A stretch of 64,000 nt of DNA from Oikopleura dioica (lineage: Eukaryota; Animalia; Chordata). This document shows, one piece after another, positions 36,786 through 50,100 of this stretch. The number at the start of each line of letters is the position of its first letter. Within the stretch, counting starts at the first letter, position 1. The stretch spans positions 1,178,001-1,242,000 of the forward strand of contig OU015568.1 in the NCBI GenBank assembly GCA_907165135.1, in the 5' to 3' direction. The notes under the pieces are model-generated. The model saw only the letters and a program-made list of their open reading frames with translations, was not told where the DNA came from and searched no databases. Made by a program: the position numbers and the translations under genes.

Positions 36786-38905
36786 TTATTCATCCCGAGG
36801 AACAAGCAGGAATTTTCGTTCTTTCGGCTGAAGAAAATGATGCATCGGCGCATAGTGAGGATCCCTTGTCCAAAAGTTATTCCATCCTTCTTCAGTTTCC
36901 ACTACCGGCATTGGGTGATCAGGGTGGAGTTCGAATTTGAAATGCCTAAAATAAGTTAATATTTGCGCAGCGACATCTTGAGCGTACTTGACGAAATGCT
37001 TCATAAAGTGAAACAGTTCGATATCGGCCAAAATCTGTCCAGGGCAAGATCGCTTCCCAGTGTTGAATGGAGTTTGATATTGAGATTTTTGAAATTCTCC
37101 GGGTTCATTTAGATGCCTTTCCGGGATGAATTTCCAGGGGTCCTAAATTTTAAATCGATGATTTTGATCGAAAAAAAAATTCTCACCTTGAAATATTTTT
37201 CGTTCATGTTTGTCCCTGTTATACTGTAGCAAATAAGCTCATCCTTATGAAACGTCTCCCCTTAATTTTTTGATAAAAAAAATATTCAAAACAGTCATTT
37301 TTACCCATAATTTCTGTTGTTTCCGTAATGCTGTGAAGCAAGCTTCTGTAAATCATGGGGCAGTATCGATAAACTTCGTAAATGACAGCCATTAAATATG
37401 GGCAGTCTTTGAACTCATCCGCTCGGAAATCCTGAGATTCGAGAATTCCGTAAAGCTTCGCTTGCTTTTCGGGAAATCGAGCGAGAGTCATCATGATTCC
37501 TGATGCGACGGAAGCAGTTGTATCAGCTCCAGCTAAGGAAAATTTAACCTTTCTCAGTTTAAAAATCGTCTTACTCATGCAAAGCTGTTGGATAAGATTG
37601 ATAACATCCCATTCTTCCATTTTTCCTTGAGCATGATCAGTTTGAAGGATTGCAAGAAGAGTGTCACTTTCATCTCCAAGTACCCAGTTTTTGTTGTGCA
37701 TTTCTTGCAAGTCAAGAATATCATCGTATAGTCCCTGAATCGCACTGTCAGCAAGAGAATAAAAAATCTCTATTAGGTCTGTCAGCTTCTTTACTAAATA
37801 AAACTATTTATAAAAATAAAATAAAACTGTATTCTGGTGCTTATTTCACTAACCTGTTGAAAAGAAACCCAATCAGGCCAGAATCTTAAGGGTATCCACG
37901 CACGTAGCCAAGTCGGCAAGTTAATGAAGAACAGTTTGTACTTGTCCAATTTGACAGCGCTTTCCAAGGCATTGTTCGCGTACTTGCAGATTCTGTCCCT
38001 ATAATCCGTATGCTTCGACAAATCAATGTCGAGAGCGAAATCAAGGACGACTGTCAAGGCCGCTGGCATCGTATATTCAAATGTGTCGATCGGCTTGGTT
38101 CCGTTTTCTCCAGCTCGTTTGAGCGTCTCAACCACCCATGGAATCTGAGCGTCCACTTTTGCCACCCATTTTGGCTCGAATTGCTTTTTGATGCAAGTTC
38201 CATCAATCGGCGGCGACAGAGTTTGGAGATTTTGGTTCCTTTTGGGTCTGATCGGGTATGATCTCGCATGAGGCCGAGGGTTTCGTTTGTCATTGTTTCC
38301 CAGTTTCGACCTTTTGTTTTTCGCCTAAAATAGGGAACTCATTTTGTTGTTGATAAAAGGTTTCTTTTATAGTCATTATTTTATGGAGCTATCAAAATAT
38401 GGTAAATCTCAAGGAAGTTTCTCAAATCTTATTTACTTTAAAAAAAACCATATTTTCAGAATAAATCTTAATTTAAGGTGTTTTGCTCAGACTCCGGAAA
38501 TCTCTGTTCTATATAAAGTTATGTTTTATGATGTTAAATGACCTTTCGAAATTCGGCCCTAATTGCCTCGAACCTGTATTCCGCTAAAAGTTGCCACCAG
38601 CCGGTCAACTCAAAATGGCCCCCAACAGCTTCACTTTTTGAAAAAATTTCTTTCGACTTCACCGGATCGTTGATAATATGCAAGTTCATCTTCAAGAGTC
38701 CTCCCAGCGTTTCCAAAAGAGGGTACGAATGCATCGGTAGCTCTCTTTTATGACTCTCCAAAAAGCTCTGGACAACATAGTACGGTCCATCTTTTGCTAA
38801 ATCGGTTCCTGGACGAATGTGCGGCACATTCGGATGCTTATCTCGTCCCAGCCACCAGCGGAGGAAACCAAGGGAAACTGCTAGAGCTGATACTTCGGTC
38901 AACAT
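36786..38905 (-). CDS. Cytochrome P450
   Basis: N-terminal anchor MLTEVSALAVSLGFLRWWL; I-helix AGADTTAS; K-helix EVYR; PERH; heme motif PFNTGKRSCPG. Confidence 0.95.
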
Positions 38906-39671
38906 TTTTTCTCTTTGAAAAATCGAGCTCAATTCTGGCCCGCGCCAGCTAAAAGCAAATAGAAAAAATCCGATCAATTTTTATGAAATAAAAAGAATTT
39001 TGTTTAATGTCCCTAAGGCGAATCTCCTTTTTATGATGTTTCATTGATCAAGGACGATTTGACCTTGAGAAGAAAGGCCTTTGAATCTACTGAGAAGAAA
39101 GTTACGAATTCGTCAAGAATGATCGTTCTCATCAAGGCGAAAATTTCACCTCGCGCGCTTTTTTGTTTGAATTTTCGAAAATTTACAATTGTAGAATTTC
39201 AAAGACATACTATTTGCTCTTTTTTTTGGCCACGGAGGTGATCAGTTTCGCCGCTCTAGAATCCGTAAAACCTTGAAAGGAAAGCCTAATGGTCTCCCAG
39301 CTGATGCTCATTTCAAAATTCGAGTCTTCAAAATTGAACGTGAGTGGAACTTAAGTTCGAGCGACAAAAAAAACGAGACCTTGATTTTCGAAAAAAAAGT
39401 CCTCGAATCTTCAAGATAAGTTCTTAATTGGCACCTTTTAAATTTGACCATCATCGATTTGGGTAAATCGGTGATTTGAGCTGTAAGACCACTTTTGCGA
39501 TTTTCGATGACTCAGAACTTGTTCAAAAATGAGAATTAACATGCAGATATTTGTGTGATATCTGAACTTTTCAAACCTAATTTCTTCTAATTCAAAAAAG
39601 CTGACTCAGGCAACAAGTTTTTACAAGACCATCTTGAAATAGAAATTAGATAATTTTAATTTGGCTCTTAA

Positions 39672-39877
39672 GGAAACCTCCGTCAGCTATTTTCGGAAAA
39701 TCAAATTTCGGAATTTTCATAAAACGATTTTGAAGCTTCATTTTTTGGGGGTCTATCTCGACTCCTTCACCCCCAAAATCGTAGTTTAAAATTGGACTTT
39801 TCGCCGAAAATTGACGAATTTGGCCTGATTTTGGCAAAAATATTGATTTTTCTTGGTCAAAATTCTTTTTATCAAGT
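39672..39877. mobile_element. Truncated copy of the MITE family at 20596-20926
   Basis: TTAA GGAAACCTCCGTCAGC then shared ATCTCGACTCCTTCAC..AAAATTGACGAATT..TTGGCAAAAATATTGATTTTTC. Confidence 0.75.
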
Positions 39878-42800
39878 CGATCTTGGAGCTGGAAATAGTA
39901 ATTATCGTCTCAAAATTTAGGGTTCATAGGGAAAGAGGAGTTATATCCGGGGTCATCAGTTGGAATTTCCTTTTTCCAACTACTAGCATCCGGCCGAATC
40001 AATCAGTGTTCTCATCAGAAGCAGATTATTTGGATTCCAAGGACTAACAAAATCCAAAATGACCCAAGATGAATGAAACGGTCAGATAGAAAACCACAGA
40101 TATGAATAAGACGCAAATCGAACTTCAAACAAAGCTTTACCAAGAGAAACAATTGAAAATATATGTTTCATGTTATCTGCTCTAAGCGGATAGGGGTTTG
40201 GGTTCTATTGAAATTATGATTTTTCTGAAAAAGGCCAATTTCTTTTCTGACTCAAATTGGGAAAGAGGGAGGGAGAAATTTTAAATGATGATGGGGGGCA
40301 ATGAGTAGGACTTGCGTCTTGACTTGTGCAAGTGTTCAAGTCAAGCGGGAGCGAAGCCGAGTGCCAGATTCGTAAATGTAAACATGCGAAGAGAATGTGA
40401 GGGATCACCAGATTCGCAGTTTTGGAAAATTGGCACCTTTCATAAATTTCACGTACTTTTGGATGAAGAAATCAGTTTCAAGCTAAGCGCCCAATCTCGT
40501 AATTTTGGATCAATTTGATCCCTTTTTCTTACGCTCATTTTATAACAACAGCTTGATGAATTAACCCTTGTATCCGCTAAAATGTGGATCTTTTGGTAAT
40601 ATTAACCCGGAAAAAATTAATCTTACAATGTTATTAATTTTACTAATAAATAACTTAATTTGCTTGAATAAAAAATATCTAATAAGCTTATTTCAATACG
40701 AGAAGTTTGTTTATTATTTTGATTAAAAAAAATAATTAATTGATTTAAAAATAAATTTTTCATTGGAAAAATTTCGTCGATCAGTTTCGTCTTCTGATAG
40801 GTGGGCAAGCCAAAAACAGGCTTCTTATTGGCTCGAAATTTTTATCAAATTTAAAGTCAAGGAATCGAAGATACGTCTCCATTCTACTTCGATCTAGGTG
40901 GTTTATTTGATTAGCAGAATGGTCCTTTTAAAAACATGAGCATACACGAAAGTATTACTCGATGAACTTGTTTTACACGTGGACTGAGCGGAGTGATCAA
41001 ACCAGATTGAAGGGAAGCTGTCAGATTTTTTTTCTTTCCTCATCACTCACCGTTTAAAATTGCGATCGAGGGTTCATTGTCGAGAAAACGCGGTAAAAGG
41101 AGAGCAAACGTGCGTACGCAAAAATTTTTCGGCTCGAATTTCTGCTGCGCTCGTGTTTCTGTCTGTTCGCTTTCAAAAAATTTATAAGAGAAAAATCCTA
41201 GAGTTTATGGCCAACACGTTGGTCTATGGCCGATTTTGTCTACTCTGATAAACGACCCTCTTTCAACATTCTTTTTAACAGTTGAAAAATGATAAGAAAG
41301 TGATACTTCTCTGAAGTTCAGAGTAGTTGATTTTCTTGAAAGTCATTTTATTATAAAAAAAATAGGTAGAAGTTCCTTTTATTCATTCAAAAACAAAGAA
41401 TTGACTGTTTTTTACTAAGTACACCTGAAAATCTTCCACAAATTAAAGATTCATTTTATAAAAAAAAATCATTTTTTTTTTTCATCTTTTTTGACGTGAA
41501 GAACGAGGAACTTCACAATAAATACAGTCAGATAAAGATCTTTGAACCAGTAACTGTGACGATCAGATCCCCCAGTTCATGCTCTGGAAACCGTCATTTT
41601 TTCAAAAACAAAGGAATGCTTACTTATTAATTCATTAGGGCAGAACCAAGAAAAAGAAGTGATTTTTTGGAACTGGGTTTTCATTGGCCGTTAGGTCAAC
41701 TACAGCAATAACTTATTGGTCTTGAAATGATGCACGTCATTTTCTTGTTTTATCTCGTTCATGACGAAGACGTTAGGGAATTCATAATACAGAAATTATC
41801 TGATGGCAACATTAATCTGTTACTCAACTCCTTGGAGTGTTGCTCTGCGGGTAGCAGTACATACTAATTCGAGCATAAAACTGTCACCTTAAAAGCAGCT
41901 TTGCCCGGCCACAAGGTCAGAAGACCTTCCACTTGCAGATGCCTAATTCCCGCACTTCATTTTGTAAAATCGGTTCCATCATCGGGAAAAAAGATGACGC
42001 AAAAAAGATGATTTCATTATTAATCTGGCCAAGGTCGAAAAATCACTCAAGTTCGAGAAATTTTTTCAAGAGCGTGAAATTTGAAGATGCAGATCGGCGA
42101 TTTTCACGCTACTGATTTTGAAGACCTCTATCGCACTGTATATAAGTCCCTCTTTTCCTTTTCAGTTGCTATTCCTTTAAAAATGATGCATTTTCAATGC
42201 GACTGCCTCGTTCTTTTTGATTTTGACCATTATTTATAAAAATTTATTTTGATGTTATAAAATGAAGCCCAACTGAACTCGTTATTTCTGTAAGGGTAAG
42301 ATTCTAAGGTTTTTACTTGAAAATTCTCATCGACTGAATCATTTGCGGAAAATCACTTTATTTTTATTAAAAAATTCATTCTGTGCCCTTTTGTACTTTT
42401 GGTACTTCAATTCTTCCAAATATAATCAAGAAAGACTAAAAAACGAAGTATAAGTATTACTATTTCTTTTTGGTTGTATTTTGTTTCGATTGCGCAATCG
42501 TTCGTTCCGGATTTATTCATCACTCAAATTCCAGTATAATCTTGCTGCATAAAAAAGACATCGAAACCCGGATCACAAAGAAATGATAAAGAAAACAACG
42601 TGACTGGAAGTTTCAATCTTAATATTCTTACCGCGAGTCTTTGCCCAAACCCTAACCCTAGTGAACATCTTTCGAAGACTTTGAAAATGAATTTTACAGA
42701 AAAAAAACTTTGGTGAACCTTTGAGAACTTTGCGAAGCTCATCTGATAAGAAGATGCTCTACGTAAAAAGGCAGCATCTGAGTACGGCGCAAACAATTCA

Positions 42801-44629
42801 CACAAGCGCAGATAATCATAATCTTGCGTGCTCCTCGGCTGGTAACTCGATAGAGCGCGGAATGTCACCTCATCTGCCGGAATGTGTGAAACCTTGTGAT
42901 AAACACCGTCCACCCAAGCCGACCAAGCTCGTCATTCGTGGCCACTGTTCATGATTATCTAACCCCCCTTGAATTTTATCCCCCCGAAGAAGCAAATATG
43001 GTATGTTCCATGAAAACGAAACTTTTCCGAGCAAATCCGTTAAGAAAAAGTGGCTGATCTTGAACGTCATCATTGTCGTAGAAACTGCTGTCTTGATGTC
43101 GTCTCAAAATTATTGGTTCGAAATCAATGATTTTAAATCGTCTTGTTTTTTTTTAAATCTTAGTGGTGAAATTTCCAACTTTGTCGCACAATCCCGCCAA
43201 TTTTTCCGGTCTTACAAAGCTTCTTTGAACTTGGGAGGGTTTTAAGCTCCAAGATAATTTCTAGCGCTATTTGAAATTATAATTTTTGGAGAGCTGAAAA
43301 CCTCCTGATCGAAAAATACTGCAAATTTGAGAGAGGATGATCAAAACTTTGATTTTTTAGGAATATCAAAAATGTGACGAAATTGAAATTATTCACCAGT
43401 TCTAAGGATTGTAAACAATCTTCAAAATTGCTTGATAAGAAGCCGAATGGCCTTATCACTCGCCGGCAACACGCTGTGAAAAGTGACCCGTGTTCTAAAG
43501 TTGACAATTATTTGTCTGAATTTTCGATTTTGTATTATATTTCGTCGCTTATTTAAAGAAATTGAGGCAAATATTTAGTACTTAAAAACAGCCAGATGCC
43601 GTTGGCTGATAAGGCATTTTTACTTCTTATCGACAAATTTGAGAACAAAATAAAAGGATTATTTTCAAAAAAACAATTACTTCGCACGTTTTCATTTTCG
43701 ATGAAAAAATGTAAAGAACCTGTTTTTTTATTAAATTTAATTTAACGTAGACAAATTAAATTATGTCAAAAAAGTAAAAAAAAATGTGAAAAATTTGAGC
43801 TCTGGAGCGATTTATAAATTCGAATTTACAAGATAACATCAGCAGCGGTTTCTTCTCCCAACCAACTGTTCAGCTTTTGAGATTATCTCGAGTCCACAGG
43901 CTGGGAGAAAAGGTGTTATGATTATTCACCATATTCTACAAGAATCATTACGCAGTTCCAAAAAATTAGTTTGATGGTTTTCAAGTTGAATTGAATGCAT
44001 GCTGTCGTAGCTGAATTGAACGCAATAAGGGTTTCCCTCCATTAAAAATTGAACTTATTTTTTAAAATTTCATTTATTTTGGCGCTGAAAATATTCTTTC
44101 GTTTAAAAATTATTGAATGGTTGACCCTTCTAGTGACCAATTTGGATCCTTTTCAAGTATAAATCCTCTTCACAAGGAGTGGATATAATTTTATTATCCT
44201 CTTTTTTTTATTTTCGATTAGAAGTTATAAGTTTTTCCGCTGATTTGCAAGTTTTCAGTGAACATAAGAAAGACTTTCAAATAAAATTAAATATAAGACC
44301 TCTCGTTATTATGTACTTCATAGAACACTCGGACTGTGGAAGGGATAGAAAGATAGAGGTTGCTCTGAATTCCAGCGAGAAGAAAATTAGACCCATGCAT
44401 TTTTTCAATTAGACTCCCGAAAACTCACGATCGACAGCAAAAATGTCCATTCGGCATTTGTTCTCCCGACAACTCGACAATTCGACAATTTTCGCTGGTT
44501 TCTAGTGCGCTCGGGCGCCGCGCGCCCATTGATAAGCGCATCGCCGCCGCTTCTCGGCATCAAACATCGTCTTCGGACTCTCCAACTCGCAGCAAAAGCA
44601 AGTTTTTTTTAAAGAGCAGAATTTTCGAT

Positions 44630-45755
44630 ATGAAAATCGCCGCCGCCATCGTCGCCTTCGTTTCTGCCAATCCCAGCGGTAAGTTTAAAAATCAAAAAAA
44701 CCAAAGAAAAAATTTAAAATCTCGAAAACAAAAAAACTAAAATCTTCCTCAATAGATAAGCTGACGGCAGAAAACAACCCCTACATGCCTTCCCAAGAGT
44801 CTCGACGATACAAGCAATTCTCCACCATGTTCAACGCCCTATACACTCCTCAGCAGCTCACCCGAGCTTACGGATACGGTTGCTACTGCTTGAACCTTGG
44901 TGATCGACCTCTTTCTGGAACCATGACAGGTAAAAGCCTTTGGTTAATCCCAGCCTAATCTAAGGCCTTCCCCCAAATGAAGCCCCTTTCTTTTTCTTTC
45001 ATACTTGTACTCAACCTTTGTTCAGGAGTGTACCCAATGGACGACAAGGATAAACACTGCTTCGACTTTGTCCGATGCAATCGATGCGTCACCTTCGACT
45101 TTGGACCAGAGTGCACCCCAGAACAAGTTGCTTACGAGGTAAGCCCGCTTCATTTTTCTTCCCTCCTCCTAATTCTATCTCTAGTTCACTCAAAACGGCA
45201 CCGCCATCACCTGCACCAACGCTGAAAACACCTGCGAGCGAGCCATTTGCGAATGCGACAAGGACTCTGTTCTCGGCTTCAAGGACGTTATCGACATCTA
45301 CGACTCAAGCCTTCACGCTTTCAACGGATTCGATTCCTTCTCGGTAGAGTTTTGATATCAAAATCAAGTTGCATATCGAAATTTCTAGGAATGCACTTAC
45401 AGAATTCCACCACCTGGCCAGCCAAAACCTGAATTGGATTGCTGCGGAGAGTAAGTTCAAGAGGATTTTAACCAATAAGATAGCCCAATTTTTGAAAGAA
45501 CCAATAACAAGCTCAATAAATGAAACTAAGTTTTAACCAATAAAAAAAGCTTCAATTTTGAAATATGCTAATCAAAATGCTTTGATTTTCAATCAAAAGC
45601 TAGCCCTTCCTTGGACCAGAAAATACTCACTCATCCATTCTAGATACCCAAAACGACGACCATACAACAAGAACAAAGACGCAGTCGGCAAGTTCCAATG
45701 CTGCGACGGAGAAGTCACCGACGACAACGAGTGTGAAAACTCATCCTTCAATTAA
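44630..45755 (+). CDS. Secreted phospholipase A2-like protein lacking the catalytic His-Asp
   Basis: Signal MKIAAAIVAFVSA; YGYGCYC; PMDDKDKHCFDFVRC (canonical DxxDxCCxxHDxC); CERAICECDK; extra Cys-rich C-terminus. Confidence 0.85.
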
Positions 45756-46142
45756 CCATGTTCCAAATTAATATTAATTTAACGAAAAAGGAAAAAGTCT
45801 TGTTTTCAAATATTGAAAACTCGATTCTCTTTCCTTTGATTCAACTCATTAGCTGCAGATTCAAAACTACAGCATTACGAAAAGTGCTTTCTTACTGTTC
45901 AAGTCTTACTGTAACTGAAAATATTGCGCAACTTGGTCAAGATATCTTCGCGAAAAACAGAGCTCTGAAGATATTTTGGCGCGAGTTGCCTAACTGTACA
46001 TACAAACATAAAGCTTTAAATAAACTAACATCATTGCCCAAAAACAAATTTCAGAATCTTTTTTTTTTGCTCCGAAGAGACTTTATTTTATTTTTTTTAT
46101 GCAGCAACAGTTAAACACAGTAGAACTACAGAACAATCAGAT

Positions 46143-46646
46143 TTAAAGACCTTCTCTTGGCCAATTAAGCTTGGTGACAATATCTCCTTTTCGGTGCTCA
46201 TTTGTTTCGAATTTTCGGAAAACCTCCAGGTTGTTCTTTGGATCAGCCGATCGCCAACCAATTTGGCCTGGGAAATAAGAAAGTGTGCTTTTACGGGTGC
46301 TTACCTGTAGTAGTTTGAGGAACAGGTGGAGAAGGATCAGGCTTGGCGACTGGGAGGGATTCTTTCCAATCTTCAATCTTTCCTGAAATTGCTTCTTTGT
46401 CCGCGTGACATTCTTGAAGTTTTGTCTCCATCTAAATCGAGTCTCAAATTCTGAATCTAAATCAAGGTTCTTACCTCGTGAATTTCCTTGAGAATGTAGC
46501 CATGTCTGTTTTTCCAGTTTTTCTGAGCGTGGATTTCTTTATTCACGTGATCCTGAATAAAATCTTTTTAGAAAGTTGCATCGAAAATATGTTCATACCT
46601 TGTAGATATCGTCCATCCATGTGAGCGCTTCCTGAAAGACATTCAT
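46143..46646 (-). CDS. CIMIP1: Ciliary microtubule inner protein 1 (C20orf85/LLC1 family); 5' end may extend further
   Basis: Spliced ..DDIYKDHVNKEIHAQKNWKNRHGYIL..PSPPVPQTTTGQIGWRSA..KGDIVTKLNWPREGL* matches the C20orf85 signature PSPPVPQTTQGFIGWRS..WPxxG. Confidence 0.85.
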
Positions 46647-47136
46647 TTTTTCGGCGTGCTGCTTCTTCCTTGACGAATTTTCAAAACTGAGGAGCAATTT
46701 GATTTTTAAGTCAAAACAAGATCGAATTCTAGAGAAAGTATAAATTCTTGACTGTATTTTTGACACGGTATTGTCGATTATACTTCATATAACAGGCCAA
46801 ACATTGTGTTTCGCGGCAGAAAAGTTGCCAACTTTCGGGAATAGAGACATATTTTTTTCATTTTCTTTTGAGAAATTAGTCGTCAGCCCACGGTTTCTTA
46901 CGATAAAACTTCAGATGAAATATATTTCTTGCCATAAATGGACAGTTAATTGAGAATTTGCGTATGAATGAGCCCAAGGTGCTGGATATATCATCACTTT
47001 TTACGATCGGATGAGGTACTCTTAGCAAGATCAGATCGTAAACCTAGCGCGAGCATCATTTAAAGAGCGCGATCTCTTTCGTATCATCATTGTTAACGTA
47101 TAAACAGCTGCGAAAAAACTGCTTAACAGAGAGAAA

Positions 47137-50100
47137 ATGGGACTAGATAGATCAGATTCTGCGTATTACATTCGACCGAGAACAGAAGCTTACAAGATCA
47201 GAACAAGAAGAACGGAAGGAGAGCCAGTTTTTCAACCTGAGAATGTTATCGAGGAAGATTTAGGAACCGTGGCGCAGAGAATTAAGAGACTTCAAAGTTT
47301 GGAAGATGATAGTTTTTCGGGACACGATATTTCGGGGACATGGAGGAGAAGGAAGAGAACGCAATCCACAGGAAAGGCTTTCTAGAGAATTTTAATGAAC
47401 TCTTTTATGAAAGAAAAAGAGCTTCTGAAAACCTCTGTAAAGAAAATCTCGACAAACTCGACAACCTTGAAACCGAAATCCACCAAAATGCATCCGTCTC
47501 GACAGTGGAACTTTCCGAATCTCAAAATGATCATCCATCATCTCGCAATGGAAGCTCAAGCTCCAGCTCAAATACCAGCTCAAAGAAAGAAAATCGTTAC
47601 ATTGTCGAAGACGCCGAGTCTGCAACTTCCTCGAGCTCTTCTTCTTCCGACAGCGAGGACGAGAGAAAGATTGATGTTTCTTTTGAAAAGAAAGGAAAGT
47701 CGGTCGAGTCGAGTTTTCACAAGTTTTATACTGACTCTGAGGAAGAAAGTGCAAAAGTCGACAAATCAAGCTCAGAAAACGAGGATCAGCTCGAAGTCAC
47801 ATTCGAAAAAGAGCCGAAAAGAGTAGAAGCCTGCATTTGGGACGAGGAAACCGCCTCGGATGAGCAATCAGATGTCGAGATTTCGTTCCAACAAGCGCCC
47901 AAAAAGGTCGAATCAAGTTTCTGGGATGAAGAAACCGCCTCGGATGAAAAATCAGAAGCAGCGGATGAAAATGTTTTCCACAACGAAAAGTCCGAATTCA
48001 GAGCGCAAAAGCCCTCGGAGCCTGATTCTATCGCTGCTCCTCTGACATCTGCCAGTACGTTCTGCGACACAACTCTAGAAGATGACACTACAACAGGCTT
48101 TTCGCTGAAAACAACGACTGTATTCACTTCCGAATGCGAGAACAAAGAAGGTCTTGCAACTCGCGACATTATCCACACTGCGACGAATGAGGATGACAAA
48201 GACGACCTCGTTCTCAAATACGAGAGCTCAGCCCCTGGAACGATCACTTTTCCGAAGAAACAGACCTTCGGGGGTGTTGAAGAGTGCTTCATCGAATTTG
48301 AAGATCCACAAGAACTCAAGGTACGAAAAGAGCAGCAGAAACAGCTAAAGATTACAACAACAAGTCGCAAAGTCGAAACGGAAGTCGAATCTGAACCAGA
48401 ATTTACCTTTGAAGAGACGAAACAGGTTCACTCGAGAGTCAAACTCAAGGGCTCAGATTATGAAAATGACAAATCACCGAAGCTAAATCAATCTCTAACG
48501 GCGAACATGACTCTTCAAGGCTACACAACAGGTTTCACCGATGGCGAATCAACACACGATGAACTTGGCGACACGATCCAGCGACACTCCATCTTCATCT
48601 ACAAAGGTAGAAGTCTCCAATTGTGGCAGGGTGAAAAAAAAATTTTTTTTTCTGAATGGCTCATCTGAAAGAGCTTCTCAAACTGTATAAAAAACGTTTT
48701 TACAGTCTGCCCAAATCTTTGAAATTTTCGAGATTTGGACTTGTCAGAGGTGGAAATTCCGAAATTTTAACTGCTCGTAGAGCAAAATTTTTCCATAACA
48801 AATTTTTTTTTCTATTTCTTTTCGGAAACTCTATAGTCGAATCTATGTGCTCGCGAAAATTGAAGCAGATCGGGCAACATTTGGGCTGCAAAAATTTTTT
48901 TTTGAGGATTAGTTTTGCATTAATTTTGCAAATATAAAGCATATACTTTTATTTAATTACAAACTACAAAAAATTAATCAAATAATGCTCTTAAGTCACT
49001 TGAGGTCATTTGAGGTCATCTGAGGTCATTTGAGGTCAACTTTTTTTTGCCGGTAAATTACATATTTTTATTTATTTGAAACATGAAAACGATTATTTTA
49101 TCAATTTTAAAAACAAAAAATAATTTTTATACCGTGCATATGTGTAAGATGCAAATGTAAAAGCACTTTAAACTAAAAAGAATGAGGCATGTTGTGTTTG
49201 TTCCTTCTCGTTTTGTTCTTCTTTGAAAAATCTTCTCAGTCAGAAAATCCAGGCATTCTGCGATGAAAATTTCCTTAATATTTTTAAAATTTAAAAAATA
49301 AAGATACAAGCAATTACTTTTTTTTCTCGACGGCATAAGAGAGAGTTTAGAGCAGTCAAAGAAGATTGTTTGACGATCTGAAACTTTAACACTGAGGATT
49401 TCGACCATATTTTTCATGTTTATAAATACCTTTCTTTCGTTTAGGAAGACTCCGTGGTTCTGGATAACTGTCATTCGCTGTTAAAATTTGTTTTTCGACG
49501 CTCTATTAAAAATAATTTAAAAGGCAAAGATTTCAGATAGTAAGATATTTGAAGTTACTGTAAAATATTCTTTATTTAAGGACTTGTTTGCTAAATATCC
49601 ATTTTTCGAAAAGAATGATGCCGGGGGCAGGGTCCTTAAATCTAAGCTTCTATGAGTATCCTCAATTTTACCTGAATAATTGAGACGATTAATTGACGAG
49701 CATAATTGTCTTTCAGATGAACTTTATCTGGCGAAAAAAAATGCTGTTTGAGGCTTCTGAAGAATCGGTACTCAAAAACATTCAATTTTTTAGTTCTATT
49801 TCCAATTAAATGAAAACCTCTTCCTGTTTTACTCGATAATAGTTAGCTAAGCTAGGTACTTTTGCACTTAATATCTTCTTGAGCCATTTTTGTGTTGATT
49901 CTTCAATTGTTCTAAGCGGCTTAGCAAGTGGAAAAGGTTGAACAAAGAGGATTTTTCTTGCATTCGTAAACAGCGATGTAAGGGTTCTATGTAAAACCTT
50001 TGAAAAGTTCTTTTATTTTTATTTTATTAATTATCTTTATAATCGGACATAGATAAAAAAAATGTTCTTGCGACGATTTAGATAGAGAGAGAACTATCCT

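Noticed and set aside
20579-39837. Similar short ORFs MPKVGQIRQFSAK / MPKSGQIRQFSAK
   Set aside because: Both lie inside copies of the same non-coding MITE
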